The notes under the pieces were generated by a model. The model searched no databases. It saw nothing but the letters and a program-made list of their open reading frames with translations, and was not told the DNA's origin. DNA of 64,000 bases from sequence record MN850579.1; one strand, given 5' to 3'. Both the position numbers and the translations under genes were made by a program. This document shows, one piece after another, positions 26,595 through 37,005 of this stretch; the stretch's first letter is position 1, and the number at the start of each line of letters is the position of its first letter. The DNA comes from Escherichia phage mogra.

Positions 26595-26883
26595 AATTTA
26601 TGGCATCCCTGAAGAAGTTGGACGTTGTCCAGGATGTTATACTGTTACAAAACTTTTAAAGGAGCTCAATGCTCCTTATACATTTTATAAAGTCCTCACT
26701 AATAATGGTAAGATTGAATATGACCGTCCTTTAATCGTATCTCTTGCTAAACGTGCAGGATTCACTTCACTTAATATTCGTTATCCTGTCATATTTTTAA
26801 ATGATAAGAAACAAAAGAATATTGCAGAGTTTAAAAAGTCCTTGATTTCATTAGGATATGACTCTGATATCATAGAAGATTGA
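26560..26883 (+). CDS. nrdH: glutaredoxin-like protein (NrdH-like)
   Basis: IEIYGIPEEVGRCPGCYTVTKLL... with CPGC redox motif; 5' end unresolved: nearest in-frame starts are GTG 26560 or ATT 26590. Confidence 0.6.
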   Translation: MEQNSNLKNKIEIYGIPEEVGRCPGCYTVTKLLKELNAPYTFYKVLTNNGKIEYDRPLIVSLAKRAGFTSLNIRYPVIFLNDKKQKNIAEFKKSLISLGYDSDIIED

Positions 26884-26906
26884 CCAGGTGCCGCCTGGTC
26901 TTCTTT
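26882..26906 (+). terminator. intrinsic terminator
   Basis: GACCAGG-tgccg-CCTGGTC hairpin followed by T-rich tract. Confidence 0.6.
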
Positions 26907-27048
26907 ATCTCATTTCTAATATAATCCATTGGAATCTTCACTTCACTATCTCCTTGTGCCCCTCTCAAATCAAAAATATTTTCATAAAACAGTTTACATC
27001 CTCAATAGATGTGTTAAGATTAAACCATCTACTATAGAGGAAAATAAA

Positions 27049-27231
27049 ATGACAATTGAAGATAAAGAAATTAAGGTTGACCAGTACTATTCTGTCAATG
27101 GTAATGCCGTACAGATAACCAGAGTTTCAAGCCTGGATGTTTGGTACCGTTCAATCAAATATCCAGAAATTGGTGAAATGCTTTGTGACCGTGGTATCTT
27201 CTGTTCAATTGCGAAGGAAATTAAGCCATGA
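27049..27231 (+). CDS. hypothetical protein
   Basis: ATG 27049 after AGAGGAAAA; track start 26929 is upstream of promoter-like sequence; 60 aa. Confidence 0.45.
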   Translation: MTIEDKEIKVDQYYSVNGNAVQITRVSSLDVWYRSIKYPEIGEMLCDRGIFCSIAKEIKP

Positions 27232-27476
27232 TTAGTTTAGATTCAAAGAAAGTTGTTCTAACCCTTAAAGTTAATGACGAGCGACCGGTATTCGTTACCA
27301 TTTCCGATTTGTATGTTGAAATTGCTAATGGCGTTCGTACTTATCAAGCAAATAAAACTCATTGGGATTATATCCCGATGTTGACGCTTACTCAGCGTTT
27401 AGAATCAATCGGTCTTAAAGACCTTTCAGTAAGTGAAGTGAATTTTATCAAACGCATTGTATCAATCAACCTTTGA
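27228..27476 (+). CDS. hypothetical protein
   Basis: ATGA overlap; 82 aa. Confidence 0.5.
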   Translation: MISLDSKKVVLTLKVNDERPVFVTISDLYVEIANGVRTYQANKTHWDYIPMLTLTQRLESIGLKDLSVSEVNFIKRIVSINL

Positions 27477-27483
27477 GGTACTT

Positions 27484-27777
27484 ATGGGTAAAACATATCG
27501 TCGTAAAGATTTGAAAGTTCGTGATTACGACTATTTTGGTAAGCGTAAAGCTCCTGACGGTGTTAGCCACAAAGACATGGTTGAAAACATTTTCCGCTCA
27601 GATAAATGGAAACGTATGAAAGGCGTTGATTCTGAAGTCAAGAATGAAATGAATCGACAACTCCGCAAAGAAGTTCGTAAGTTGAAAAAAGATGTTTACA
27701 GTAAAGAAGAGTATGATTATAATACTTCTCATACTGAAGCCAAACGTAAAGCTAACGAATGTTATCGTTACAGTTGA
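27484..27777 (+). CDS. basic small protein
   Basis: ATG 27484 after GAGGT; Lys/Arg-rich; 97 aa. Confidence 0.5.
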   Translation: MGKTYRRKDLKVRDYDYFGKRKAPDGVSHKDMVENIFRSDKWKRMKGVDSEVKNEMNRQLRKEVRKLKKDVYSKEEYDYNTSHTEAKRKANECYRYS

Positions 27778-27784
27778 GGAAATT

Positions 27785-27919
27785 ATGAATATCAAACGAA
27801 TGCTTTTTAAGCAGGGATTATATACTTTAAATGTTAATCCAAAGGGTGATACAACTAAATGGTCTGTAAATGACTGGATTAAGTTCATCGATGAAAATGG
27901 GGCCTGGAATATAAAATGA
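27785..27919 (+). CDS. very small ORF (44 aa)
   Basis: ATG 27785 after GAGGAAA; ends ATGA-coupled to next gene. Confidence 0.35.
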   Translation: MNIKRMLFKQGLYTLNVNPKGDTTKWSVNDWIKFIDENGAWNIK

Positions 27920-28116
27920 ATCCTGAATCTATGTTATCTCAAAAACTTCGCGAAGAACGAGCTGAATTCTTTGCCAATATGAAACTCAACGGCGTTGAGG
28001 ATGAAGACTTCTTACGCTGGTTCTGGATTTACAAATACAAAGAATGCCAACACGCTGTGCTATTGACTTGCGCAGTTATGTACGAAGGCTGGAAAGGCGC
28101 TAAAAAGTTCGGATAA
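27916..28116 (+). CDS. hypothetical protein
   Basis: 66 aa. Confidence 0.5.
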   Translation: MNPESMLSQKLREERAEFFANMKLNGVEDEDFLRWFWIYKYKECQHAVLLTCAVMYEGWKGAKKFG

Positions 28117-28185
28117 CGATTTACAAACTCTTGAGAGCAGAGTATAATGCTCTCATTGGATAATAAAATAACCGAGGAAAATAAT

Positions 28186-28518
28186 ATGTCTACTAAAATC
28201 AAAAACGTAGTTAATTCTTTCGCTTTCGATAAAGTTGTTGCTCTTCTGGAATCCGGCAATATTGTTACTCCTCAAGTTCTTGACGCGTGGGAATTCCGTC
28301 TTTATGAAATCATGCAAAAACACGACCAGAAAATTGGACGTAATTCTATTCGCGAAATTCTAGTACAATATATTCTTTCTGAATTTGACGTTGCTGCATT
28401 TGGTGTTGAATCTAAAGCTTATCAGAAACATGAAATCTCTGAAAAGACTATCCGTCGTATGAAAAATCAACGTAAGAAAAAATTCGTTGATCTGAAAATT
28501 GTTAAGGCGGTAAAATGA
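28186..28518 (+). CDS. hypothetical protein
   Basis: ATG 28186 after GAGGAAA; track ATG 28147 sits inside the -10 element; 110 aa. Confidence 0.55.
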   Translation: MSTKIKNVVNSFAFDKVVALLESGNIVTPQVLDAWEFRLYEIMQKHDQKIGRNSIREILVQYILSEFDVAAFGVESKAYQKHEISEKTIRRMKNQRKKKFVDLKIVKAVK

Positions 28519-28742
28519 GCGTATTAACAGAAATTTTGATTAATGACCTGCGTCTAGCTGGTTACGAAGTTGGTACAAATAGCCTAGGTCTTCCTCAGAT
28601 TGAAGGTCCTGGATTTATTCTAGAATACGAATTCAAACAATGGTGGTTATATGCTACGGTTGACGATGCGTTGAATATTGATTTCGTTGACCAATTTGAT
28701 TCGTTGGATGCTGCCTTATTTGCAGCAAAGGAAATAGAATGA
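28515..28742 (+). CDS. hypothetical acidic protein
   Basis: ATGA overlap; 75 aa. Confidence 0.5.
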   Translation: MSVLTEILINDLRLAGYEVGTNSLGLPQIEGPGFILEYEFKQWWLYATVDDALNIDFVDQFDSLDAALFAAKEIE

Positions 28743-28897
28743 AACTATCTCGAATCACTATAACCGAAGAAAAGTTTGGTGAATTTTAAGTCGACAACTT
28801 TATAAAAGTTACGTATCTTTGATAGTATCTCGTGCTTTAAGATAGGTCTCTAAATATTATGATATAATAGACCTATGAATTGAGCCAAGAGGTACTT

Positions 28898-29455
28898 ATG
28901 ACTGAACAAAAACCTAAAAATAACTATGTGAATAATAAAGAGCTTCTCGCCGCTATAATCGAGTGGAAAAAGGAGCTCTTAAATAATAAAGACCCAAACA
29001 AAATTATTCGTCAGAATGATACTATCGGTTTAGCAATTATGCTTATCGCCGAAGGCCTGTCCAAACGTTTCAACTTTTCAGGATATACCCAGTCTTGGAA
29101 GCAGGAGATGATTGCAGATGGGATTGAAGCCTCTATTAAGGGACTTCATAATTTCGACGAAACTAAGTACAATAACCCACATGCATACATAACTCGAGCT
29201 TGTTTTAATGCTTTTGTCCAACGTATCAAAAAAGAACGTAAGGAAGTTGCAAAGAAATATAGTTACTTCGTTCATAATGTCTACGACAGTCATGACGATG
29301 ATATGGTAGCGTTGGTAGATGAAACGTTTATTCAAGACATCTACGATAAAATGACGCATTATGAAGAATCCGCTTATAAAGCTCCTGGGGCTGAAAAGAA
29401 GGAAGTTGTTAGCGATTCGCCTAGTTTGGATTTTTTATATGAGGATGACAATTGA
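28898..29455 (+). CDS. 55: late-transcription sigma factor gp55
   Basis: [83 protein letters not shown]... near-identical to recalled T4 gp55. Confidence 0.93.
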   Translation: MTEQKPKNNYVNNKELLAAIIEWKKELLNNKDPNKIIRQNDTIGLAIMLIAEGLSKRFNFSGYTQSWKQEMIADGIEASIKGLHNFDETKYNNPHAYITRACFNAFVQRIKKERKEVAKKYSYFVHNVYDSHDDDMVALVDETFIQDIYDKMTHYEESAYKAPGAEKKEVVSDSPSLDFLYEDDN

Positions 29456-29654
29456 CATCTCTAACTACTTAGAAGAACCTTTTGACGAAGCAATCCCTTA
29501 TTTGGTAAAACTGTTGGGTCGTGAATTTAAAATTAATTTTGACATCGACCCTTTGAACCCACATGACGTGTCATTTTCAATAAATGGGACTCCGGTTGAG
29601 TATGAGTTCTGTATTGAAGAGGATGGACGTTTTTATTTTAATTTAATGAGATAA
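29439..29654 (+). CDS. hypothetical protein
   Basis: In-frame ATG 29439 overlapping gp55 end; 71 aa; start uncertain. Confidence 0.45.
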   Translation: MRMTIDISNYLEEPFDEAIPYLVKLLGREFKINFDIDPLNPHDVSFSINGTPVEYEFCIEEDGRFYFNLMR

Positions 29655-29655
29655 T

Positions 29656-29979
29656 ATGACTACCGAGATTATTGAAAATAAAGAAGCAGAAGATGCAGTA
29701 GCTAAAATGCTACAAGAAATCCAAAAGAAAAATGAAGCTGAAGCACGTAAAAAATCCGAAAAGATTCTTAAAAAGAATCGTTTTGAACTAAACCGTCTTT
29801 ATGCTCATGCTCAAGAAGCAGCAATTCAAAACAACTTCGAAGCTTACGAATATGCTATTAAGAAATCTCGGGATATTCTACGACAACCATATAATGACAA
29901 GTTAATTAAAATCCAGTGGGTTACTACTCGTCAGGCTATTGAGGACATCATTAATGGCGCTAGTTCAAACAAAGTTTAA
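29656..29979 (+). CDS. hypothetical protein
   Basis: TAATATG-coupled; coiled-coil-like; 107 aa. Confidence 0.5.
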   Translation: MTTEIIENKEAEDAVAKMLQEIQKKNEAEARKKSEKILKKNRFELNRLYAHAQEAAIQNNFEAYEYAIKKSRDILRQPYNDKLIKIQWVTTRQAIEDIINGASSNKV

Positions 29980-30160
29980 ACGTCTGAAGCTGAACGCAGG
30001 GTTCACCATTAAATTGGGTGGTCCTCTTTGTGTTAAAATTTCTGAAAAGGAATATCATGACGGTTCTATTACAGAAATTTGTCCGCCTATTGTAAAGGCA
30101 GACCCAAAACAACTCGTGTGGGTTGATTCATTTCAAGTTAAGAAATGGTGGAAACAATGA
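29939..30160 (+). CDS. hypothetical protein
   Basis: 73 aa; alternative start ATG 29954. Confidence 0.45.
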   Translation: MRTSLMALVQTKFKRLKLNAGFTIKLGGPLCVKISEKEYHDGSITEICPPIVKADPKQLVWVDSFQVKKWWKQ

Positions 30161-30199
30161 GAGAAATCGGTTTAGGTATTTTCTGAGAGGTGCTTATGC

Positions 30200-30373
30200 A
30201 TGACGAACATCCCGACTTCTGAAAATTTCGATAAAATCCGTAAAGGCAAAGCAGAAAGAATGAGACGTTTTAAAGAGTCTTATGATAAAGCTAAAGCCGA
30301 AGGAACTATTACATACAAGCCCATTCGATTTAAAAGTTCAAATGAGCCTCTGTACGGTGTACTATGTGGATAG
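30200..30373 (+). CDS. hypothetical protein (57 aa)
   Basis: GAGAGG RBS then ATG 30200; ends at terminator hairpin; not in track. Confidence 0.4.
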   Translation: MTNIPTSENFDKIRKGKAERMRRFKESYDKAKAEGTITYKPIRFKSSNEPLYGVLCG

Positions 30374-30396
30374 GAACTCTTCGGAGTTCCTTTTTT
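30372..30396 (+). terminator. intrinsic terminator
   Basis: AGGAACTC-TTCG-GAGTTCCT hairpin followed by TTTTTT. Confidence 0.7.
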
Positions 30397-30442
30397 GCTT
30401 TATAAACGGATGATAGAATGAATTAACTAATGAGGAAATAAT

Positions 30443-31462
30443 ATGAAAATTTTGCACTTAGGCGACTTCCATATCGGAGTCAAACAAGACGACCCATGGG
30501 TTCAAGATATTCAACGTGATGGTATTCATCAAGCAATTGAATACTCTAAGAAACACGGGATTAAAACTTGGATTCAGTACGGTGATTGGTTTGACGTCCG
30601 TAAAGCAATAACACATCGTACAATGGAATTCAATCGTGAAATCGTTGATATGATTTCTAAAGCAGGCATTCACGTTCATGTCACGATAGGAAACCATGAC
30701 ATGGCGTTTAAGAATACAATAACACCTAACACTGTTTCTGAATTGTTAACTCAATTTGAAAACTTTACTATTTACGAGCATCCGACTACTGTAGATTTTG
30801 ACGGATGTCTGATTGATATCGTTCCATGGATGTGTGAAGAAAATACAGGTGAAATCTTAGAGCACATCAAGACTTCTTCCGCAGCGTATTGTGTTGGGCA
30901 CTGGGAACTGAATGGCTTTTATTTCTATAAAGGGATGAAGTCTCATGGGCTTGAACCTGATTTCTTAAAGACCTATAAACAAGTCTGGTCCGGCCACTTC
31001 CACACAATCTCTGAAGCTGCTAACGTCAAATATATTGGGACACCATGGACCCTTACTGCAGGTGATGAGAACGACCCGCGCGGATTCTGGGTATTTGACA
31101 CTGATGATGAACGTATGGAATTTATTCCTAATGAAACAACATGGCATCGACGAATCACTTATCCATTTAAAGGCAAAATCAATTATTCTGATTATACTAA
31201 TCTAGCCGTACGTGTTATAGTATCAGAAATTGATTCAGAGTTGACTAAGTTTGAATCTGAACTTGAAAAAGTAGTTCACTCTCTTCGTATGGTTTCTAAA
31301 GTTGATAACAGTGTTGAATCTGATGACGACCAGGAAATCGAGATTAAATCACTTCAAGATATCATTAAAGAATATATTGACGCGATTCCAGATATCTCAG
31401 ACGAAGACAGAGAAGCGCTGGTCAAATATTCCAACGAACTTTATATTGAGGCAACACAATGA
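30443..31462 (+). CDS. 47: recombination nuclease subunit gp47 (Mre11-like)
   Basis: Calcineurin-like phosphoesterase motifs ILHLGDFH, QYGDWFD, TIGNHDM; 339 aa. Confidence 0.92.
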   Translation: MKILHLGDFHIGVKQDDPWVQDIQRDGIHQAIEYSKKHGIKTWIQYGDWFDVRKAITHRTMEFNREIVDMISKAGIHVHVTIGNHDMAFKNTITPNTVSELLTQFENFTIYEHPTTVDFDGCLIDIVPWMCEENTGEILEHIKTSSAAYCVGHWELNGFYFYKGMKSHGLEPDFLKTYKQVWSGHFHTISEAANVKYIGTPWTLTAGDENDPRGFWVFDTDDERMEFIPNETTWHRRITYPFKGKINYSDYTNLAVRVIVSEIDSELTKFESELEKVVHSLRMVSKVDNSVESDDDQEIEIKSLQDIIKEYIDAIPDISDEDREALVKYSNELYIEATQ

Positions 31463-31716
31463 CTTTAGATGAATTTAATAATGCTGGGCTCGGGCTTGAA
31501 GTCGAAATGGACGTTAAAGATGACGATGGATTCGAGAACACTATCAAGTATTGGATTGAGCCATTACGCGTTGAATGCAATGAAGTTAAAGCAGTTCATG
31601 TCTGCACCGACTGGGCTATTGAATTTAGCTTTAATATAATGGACAACGATACTCCTGGCTCTATTCTTAAAATGGCTGAAGCGTGTATTGAGGATGCGTA
31701 TAATGACGAAGACTGA
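31459..31716 (+). CDS. hypothetical acidic protein
   Basis: ATGA overlap with gene 47; 85 aa. Confidence 0.5.
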   Translation: MTLDEFNNAGLGLEVEMDVKDDDGFENTIKYWIEPLRVECNEVKAVHVCTDWAIEFSFNIMDNDTPGSILKMAEACIEDAYNDED

Positions 31717-31942
31717 TTATGAAATCCATCGTCATGAATTTAGTATTGGTGACGGTTATATTGGTATCGTTGAATGGACTGAGAATTACGAGGAATCAAC
31801 TCCTCGTTTCTTTGGAACAATGTATGTTACCTGTGAGTATGCACCAGGTGTTGTTATGTATGCAGAACTAGATGAATATTTTGCTGATAGAGATGACATG
31901 TTAAAATATGTAGAGGACTTCATTCGAAGAGAATACATATGA
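31703..31942 (+). CDS. hypothetical protein
   Basis: ATG 31703 after GAGGA; 79 aa. Confidence 0.5.
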   Translation: MTKTDYEIHRHEFSIGDGYIGIVEWTENYEESTPRFFGTMYVTCEYAPGVVMYAELDEYFADRDDMLKYVEDFIRREYI

Positions 31943-33627
31943 AATCATTTAAATTAAACCGTGTTCGTTATCAAAACATCATGTCGGTAGGTGGGAATCC
32001 TATTGATATCCAATTAGATAAAGTCCAAAAGACATTAATCACTGGTAAAAATGGTGGTGGTAAATCTACGATGTTAGAAGCCATTACTTTCGGACTTTTC
32101 GGTAAACCATTTCGTGATGTTAAGAAAGGACAAATCATTAATAGCACGAACAAGAAAGAGCTCTTAGTTGAGCTTTGGATGGAATTCGATGATAAAAAAT
32201 ACTTCATTAGACGTGGCCAAAAGCCCAATATTTTCGAAATCTCCGTTGACGGTGTTCGTCTCGATGAATCTGCCAGCAGTCGTGACTTCCAAGAAGAATT
32301 TGAACGTAGCATCGGAATGTCATACGCGTCTTTTAAACAGATCGTTGTGCTTGGGACGGCAGGGTATACCCCTTTCATGGCTCTTAGCACCCCTGCTCGT
32401 AGAAAACTTGTCGAAGACCTTTTAGAAGTCGGCACACTCGCTGAAATGGATAAAATCAATAAGTCTCAAGTTCGAGAACTTAATTCCCAGGGACAAGTTC
32501 TCGATGCCAAGAAAGATGGTGTTATCCAACAAATTAAGATTTATAACGAGAATATCGAACGTCAAAAGAAATTATCTGGTGATAATGTAGCGCGTCTACA
32601 GAATATGTATGACGACCTAGCCAAAGAAGCTCGTTCATTAAAAGCAGAAATCGAAGAAGCTAATGAGCGACTACTTAATATCGTTCTTGATGAAGACCCT
32701 ACTGAGGCATTCAACAAGATAGGACAAGAAGCATTCTTGATTAAATCTAAAATTGACTCATACAACAAAGTTATTAAGATGTATCATGATGGCGGTACAT
32801 GTCCTACTTGCGCATCACAGTTGCACCAGGGTGACCCTATTGTCTCTAAGATTACCGATAAGCTTCATGAATGTAATCACTCATTCGAGCAACTTACCTG
32901 TCACAGAGATAATCTGAGTGTCCTAGTTGATGAATATAGAGCTAATGTTAAGACTAAGCAGGACCTTGCATCTGATATTCGTACCAAGAAACAAGCAATG
33001 ATTGCCACTATTGATAAAGCTAAGAAAGTTAAAGCTGCAATAGAGCAAGCCTCAGCAGAATTTATCGACCATGCCGATGAGATAGCTTTGCTTCAAAAAG
33101 AACTTGATAAAATCATTAAAACAAAATCGGATATCGTTCTTGAAAAATACCATCGTGGTATTATCACAGATATGTTAAAAGATTCTGGTATTAAAGGTGC
33201 TATCATTAAAAAATATGTGCCTCTGTTCAACAAGCAGATTAACCATTATCTTAAAATTATGGAAGCCGATTACGTGTTTTCTATTGACGAAGAATTCAAT
33301 GAATCTATAAAATCACGTGGTCGTGAAGAGTTCAGTTATGCTTCATTTAGTCAAGGTGAAAAAGCACGTATCGATATCGCGCTGTTGTTTACATGGCGAG
33401 ATATTGCTGAAAAGGTTTCTGGTGTTAGAATTAATACATTAATTATGGACGAAGTCATGGATTCCGCGACTGATTCTGAAGGTATTAAAGCTATTTCAAC
33501 AATTCTTAACTCTCTAACCGATGCAAACGTGTTTATAATTAGTCACAGAGACCATGACCCACAAGCTTATGGACAACATCTTCAAATGAGCAAAGTTGGA
33601 CGATTTACTGTGATGACTGTTTCATAA
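31939..33627 (+). CDS. 46: recombination ATPase subunit gp46 (Rad50/SbcC-like)
   Basis: Walker A GKNGGGKST; zinc hook CPTC; Walker B LIMDEV; coiled-coil middle; 562 aa. Confidence 0.93.
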   Translation: MKSFKLNRVRYQNIMSVGGNPIDIQLDKVQKTLITGKNGGGKSTMLEAITFGLFGKPFRDVKKGQIINSTNKKELLVELWMEFDDKKYFIRRGQKPNIFEISVDGVRLDESASSRDFQEEFERSIGMSYASFKQIVVLGTAGYTPFMALSTPARRKLVEDLLEVGTLAEMDKINKSQVRELNSQGQVLDAKKDGVIQQIKIYNENIERQKKLSGDNVARLQNMYDDLAKEARSLKAEIEEANERLLNIVLDEDPTEAFNKIGQEAFLIKSKIDSYNKVIKMYHDGGTCPTCASQLHQGDPIVSKITDKLHECNHSFEQLTCHRDNLSVLVDEYRANVKTKQDLASDIRTKKQAMIATIDKAKKVKAAIEQASAEFIDHADEIALLQKELDKIIKTKSDIVLEKYHRGIITDMLKDSGIKGAIIKKYVPLFNKQINHYLKIMEADYVFSIDEEFNESIKSRGREEFSYASFSQGEKARIDIALLFTWRDIAEKVSGVRINTLIMDEVMDSATDSEGIKAISTILNSLTDANVFIISHRDHDPQAYGQHLQMSKVGRFTVMTVS

Positions 33628-33681
33628 ACGCTTTAACATGATGTGGTTATAATGACCACATCAAATTAAATGGAGAACAAC

Positions 33682-33870
33682 ATGGAGTATTCAACTGGAC
33701 AACATCTTCTCGTTGTCCCTGAAATTAAAAAATATGTTTTGACCAATACGTTTTCAGGTGAAGAACATATTGTTACTGAACAAATGCTCAAATCTGCTTT
33801 TAAAGATGAGTATAATAAAATAATGTCTAATCGCAATTCCGCATGGACAGTTACCGACTTCTACGAATAA
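33682..33870 (+). CDS. hypothetical protein
   Basis: ATG 33682 after GGAG; 62 aa. Confidence 0.45.
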   Translation: MEYSTGQHLLVVPEIKKYVLTNTFSGEEHIVTEQMLKSAFKDEYNKIMSNRNSAWTVTDFYE

Positions 33871-33882
33871 GAGAGAAATAAT

Positions 33883-34299
33883 ATGTTTACTACTGCTAAA
33901 GGTTTTACCGCTGCTGATCTGAAAGTTACTTCTATCCGTACTGACGCTAACCCACATAACCATAATCGTGTTCGTAAAGCATGGGTCCTGCATTGTGATG
34001 ACGCAAGTGCTAAAAAGCTTCAATCTCTTCCACAAGAAACTCGTTTCATGATTTATGGCTTTATTGATAACGATGTGTCTGATATGTGGATTCATTTGAT
34101 GCGTAAGCATTATAAAGATTCTATCGAAGCAGGTGCTAAAATCGTTCTTGATAAAGACGGTTCTGAACGCCTTGAAGATTTTTACTGTGTTGATGCCGAC
34201 GAACAACTAATTGCCGCTGGTGAAATTGTTGCTTCTAAAATTCCAGAATATATTGAATCACTGCCTGAAGCTATTAAAAAGCAGATGGTTGCTGCATAA
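33883..34299 (+). CDS. hypothetical protein in the rpbA position
   Basis: 138 aa; lies between 46 and 45 where T4 has rpbA; identity not confirmed. Confidence 0.5.
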   Translation: MFTTAKGFTAADLKVTSIRTDANPHNHNRVRKAWVLHCDDASAKKLQSLPQETRFMIYGFIDNDVSDMWIHLMRKHYKDSIEAGAKIVLDKDGSERLEDFYCVDADEQLIAAGEIVASKIPEYIESLPEAIKKQMVAA

Positions 34300-34341
34300 T
34301 AAATTTGTTATAAACTTTGAATTGTCTTGAAAGGAAATAAA

Positions 34342-35028
34342 ATGAAACTGTCTAAAGATACTATCGCTATTCTGAAAAACTTTGCCTCTATTAACTCTGG
34401 CATTCTGCTGAGTCAAGGTAAATTTATTATGACTCGTGCAGTTAATGGCACCACTTATGCGGAAGCAAATATCTCCGATGAAATTGATTTTGACGTAGCA
34501 CTTTATGATTTGAATAGCTTCTTAAGCATTTTGAGTCTAGTGTCTGATGATGCCGAAATTTCAATGCATACTGATGGCAATATTAAAATTGCAGATACAC
34601 GTTCCACAGTTTATTGGCCTGCTGCCGACAAGAGCACCATTGTTTTTCCTAATAAGCCAATTCAATTCCCAGTGGCTTCTGTGATTACTGAAATTAAAGC
34701 TGAAGACCTTCAACAATTGCTTCGAGTTTCACGTGGACTTCAGATTGATACAATTGCTATTACAAATAAAGATGGTAAAATTGTTATCAATGGCTATAAT
34801 AAAGTTGAAGATTCCGGACTAACTCGTCCTAAGTATTCTTTGACTCTTACTGATTATGACGGTTCTAATAACTTTAACTTCGTAATCAATATGGCTAATA
34901 TGAAAATCCAGCCAGGTAACTATAAAGTAATGTTGTGGGGAGCTGGTGATAAAGTTGCAGCTAAGTTTGAAAGCTCTCAAGTAAGTTATGTTATTGCGAT
35001 GGAAGCCGATTCTACTCACGACTTCTAA
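34342..35028 (+). CDS. 45: sliding clamp gp45
   Basis: MKLSKDTIAILKNFASINSGILLSQGKFIMTRAVNGTTYAEANISDEIDFDVALYDLN... matches recalled T4 gp45; 228 aa. Confidence 0.93.
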   Translation: MKLSKDTIAILKNFASINSGILLSQGKFIMTRAVNGTTYAEANISDEIDFDVALYDLNSFLSILSLVSDDAEISMHTDGNIKIADTRSTVYWPAADKSTIVFPNKPIQFPVASVITEIKAEDLQQLLRVSRGLQIDTIAITNKDGKIVINGYNKVEDSGLTRPKYSLTLTDYDGSNNFNFVINMANMKIQPGNYKVMLWGAGDKVAAKFESSQVSYVIAMEADSTHDF

Positions 35029-35103
35029 GTCAAAGCTTTACGTTTATTGTGATACGATTATGGAGGAGAAATCCTCCAGTTTAATGATAATGAGGAAAAT
35101 TAC

Positions 35104-36066
35104 ATGATTACTATCAATTCCAAAGAACACATTCTAGAACAGAAATATCGTCCTTCTTCCATTGACGAATGTATTCTGCCTGCGTATGACCATGAAACAT
35201 TCAAGTCTTTAGTATCTAAAGGAAAACTTCCTCATATTATTTTGCACTCTCCTTCTCCTGGTACCGGTAAAACAACCGTAGCAAAAGCATTATGTAACGA
35301 TATCAACGCTGAAATGATGTTCGTCAACGGTTCTGATTGTAAAATTGATTTTGTACGTGGTCCATTAACTGCATTCGCTCGTTCAGTCTCAATGGAAGGC
35401 AAGCCTAAAGTTATTGTTATTGATGAATTTGACCGTAGTGGCCTCGCTGAATCACAACGTCACCTTCGTACATTCATGGAAGAATTCTCTAGTAACTGTT
35501 CTATTATTATTACTGCCAACAACATCGATGGAATTATCGAACCGTTACGTAGTCGTTGTCGAGTTATCGAATTCGGACGTCCAACCGAAGAAGATAAAAT
35601 CTCAATGATGAAGAAAATGATTCATCGCATGGTTGAAATCTGTAAGAACGAAAATATCGAAATCGCTGATATGAAAGTTGTTGCAGCTCTGGTTAAAAAG
35701 AACTTCCCGGACTTTCGACGTACAATTGGTCAATTAGACCAGTACTCGTCTAAAGGTGTTCTTGATGCAGGTATTTTGTCGATTGTAACCAATGATCGTG
35801 GCACGGTAGATGATGTCATAGAAGCAATGAAAAATAAAGATATCAAACAGCTTCGTGCGTTAGCTCCAAAATATGCCGCTGATTATTCATGGTTCATCGA
35901 TAAATTAGTTTCTGAGTGTTATGACAAAGTTGCACCAGGTAAAAGTATTATTTCGCTTTATGAAATTGCAGGCGAAAATAATAAGTTTCATGGATTAGCA
36001 AGTAATATTGAATTACATGTTATGTATATGCTTCTTCAACTGACCTGCGAACTGACTTGGAAATAA
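35104..36066 (+). CDS. 44: clamp loader large subunit gp44 (AAA+)
   Basis: Walker [11 protein letters not shown]; Walker B VIVIDEFD; 320 aa. Confidence 0.93.
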   Translation: MITINSKEHILEQKYRPSSIDECILPAYDHETFKSLVSKGKLPHIILHSPSPGTGKTTVAKALCNDINAEMMFVNGSDCKIDFVRGPLTAFARSVSMEGKPKVIVIDEFDRSGLAESQRHLRTFMEEFSSNCSIIITANNIDGIIEPLRSRCRVIEFGRPTEEDKISMMKKMIHRMVEICKNENIEIADMKVVAALVKKNFPDFRRTIGQLDQYSSKGVLDAGILSIVTNDRGTVDDVIEAMKNKDIKQLRALAPKYAADYSWFIDKLVSECYDKVAPGKSIISLYEIAGENNKFHGLASNIELHVMYMLLQLTCELTWK

Positions 36067-36067
36067 T

Positions 36068-36631
36068 ATGAACTTATTTGATGATGACGTCCAACTTAAC
36101 GAGCACCAAATTGCATGGAAGTCTAACGACGCTGATGCGATTCAAAAATGTGCTGACATGTTTAAAGAAAAACCTGAGAATGAATTCTTTAAAATCATTA
36201 ATGCTATTAATGAAAAGAAATCTATGTCAATTGCTCAGGTCGACTACTCAAAATTTATGGTTGAGAACTCATTATCCCAGTTCCCAGAATGTATGCCAGC
36301 CGTTTACATGATGAACTTAGTCGGTTCTGAATTAAGTGATGAAGCGCACTTCAACTATATGATGGCGGCAATTCCACGTGGCCGACGATTCTCTAAATGG
36401 GCTAAACTAGTCGAAGACACTTCAGAGTTACTAGTTATCAAACTGTTGATGAAACATTACACAATCAACATGAATGATGCTACCGAGTATAAGCGGCTCC
36501 TTGAAAAAAATAACAAGTTGCCAATAGTCCTTAAAGAACTGAAGGCCATGGTCACTGATGAGTTTCTCAAAGAAGTTACAAAAAATGTGAAAGAACAAAA
36601 ACAATTTAAAAAATTAGCATTGGAATGGTAA
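36068..36631 (+). CDS. 62: clamp loader small subunit gp62
   Basis: 187 aa between 44 and regA; ...[32 protein letters not shown]... matches recalled T4 gp62. Confidence 0.88.
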   Translation: MNLFDDDVQLNEHQIAWKSNDADAIQKCADMFKEKPENEFFKIINAINEKKSMSIAQVDYSKFMVENSLSQFPECMPAVYMMNLVGSELSDEAHFNYMMAAIPRGRRFSKWAKLVEDTSELLVIKLLMKHYTINMNDATEYKRLLEKNNKLPIVLKELKAMVTDEFLKEVTKNVKEQKQFKKLALEW

Positions 36632-36633
36632 AA

Positions 36634-37002
36634 ATGATCGAAATTAAATTGAAGAACCCCGAAGATTTTCTGAAAGTCAAAGAGACTCTGACCCGTATGG
36701 GCATCGCTAATAACAAGGATAAAGTTCTTTATCAGTCCTGTCATATCCTCCAAAAGCAAGGTAAATATTACATCGTCCACTTTAAAGAAATGCTGCGTAT
36801 GGACGGACGTCAGGTTGATATTGATGGTGAAGACTATCAGCGACGTGATTCGATTGCTCAGTTGCTTGAAGACTGGGGATTGATTGTTATTGAAGACTCT
36901 GCTCGTGAAGATCTGTTTGGCCTGACTAATAACTTCCGTGTTATCTCTTTTAAACAGAAAGATGACTGGACTTTGAAAGCAAAATATACAATTGGTAATT
37001 AA
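36634..37002 (+). CDS. regA: translational repressor RegA
   Basis: MIEIKLKNPEDFLKVKETLTRMGIANNKDKVLYQSCHILQK...; 122 aa as in T4. Confidence 0.9.
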   Translation: MIEIKLKNPEDFLKVKETLTRMGIANNKDKVLYQSCHILQKQGKYYIVHFKEMLRMDGRQVDIDGEDYQRRDSIAQLLEDWGLIVIEDSAREDLFGLTNNFRVISFKQKDDWTLKAKYTIGN

Positions 37003-37005
37003 AGC

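Noticed and set aside
26431-26883. Track ORF extending the NrdH-like protein by about 55 N-terminal codons
   Set aside because: Extension is low-complexity, overlaps the upstream gene in another frame and precedes the conserved redoxin start; true start left unresolved.
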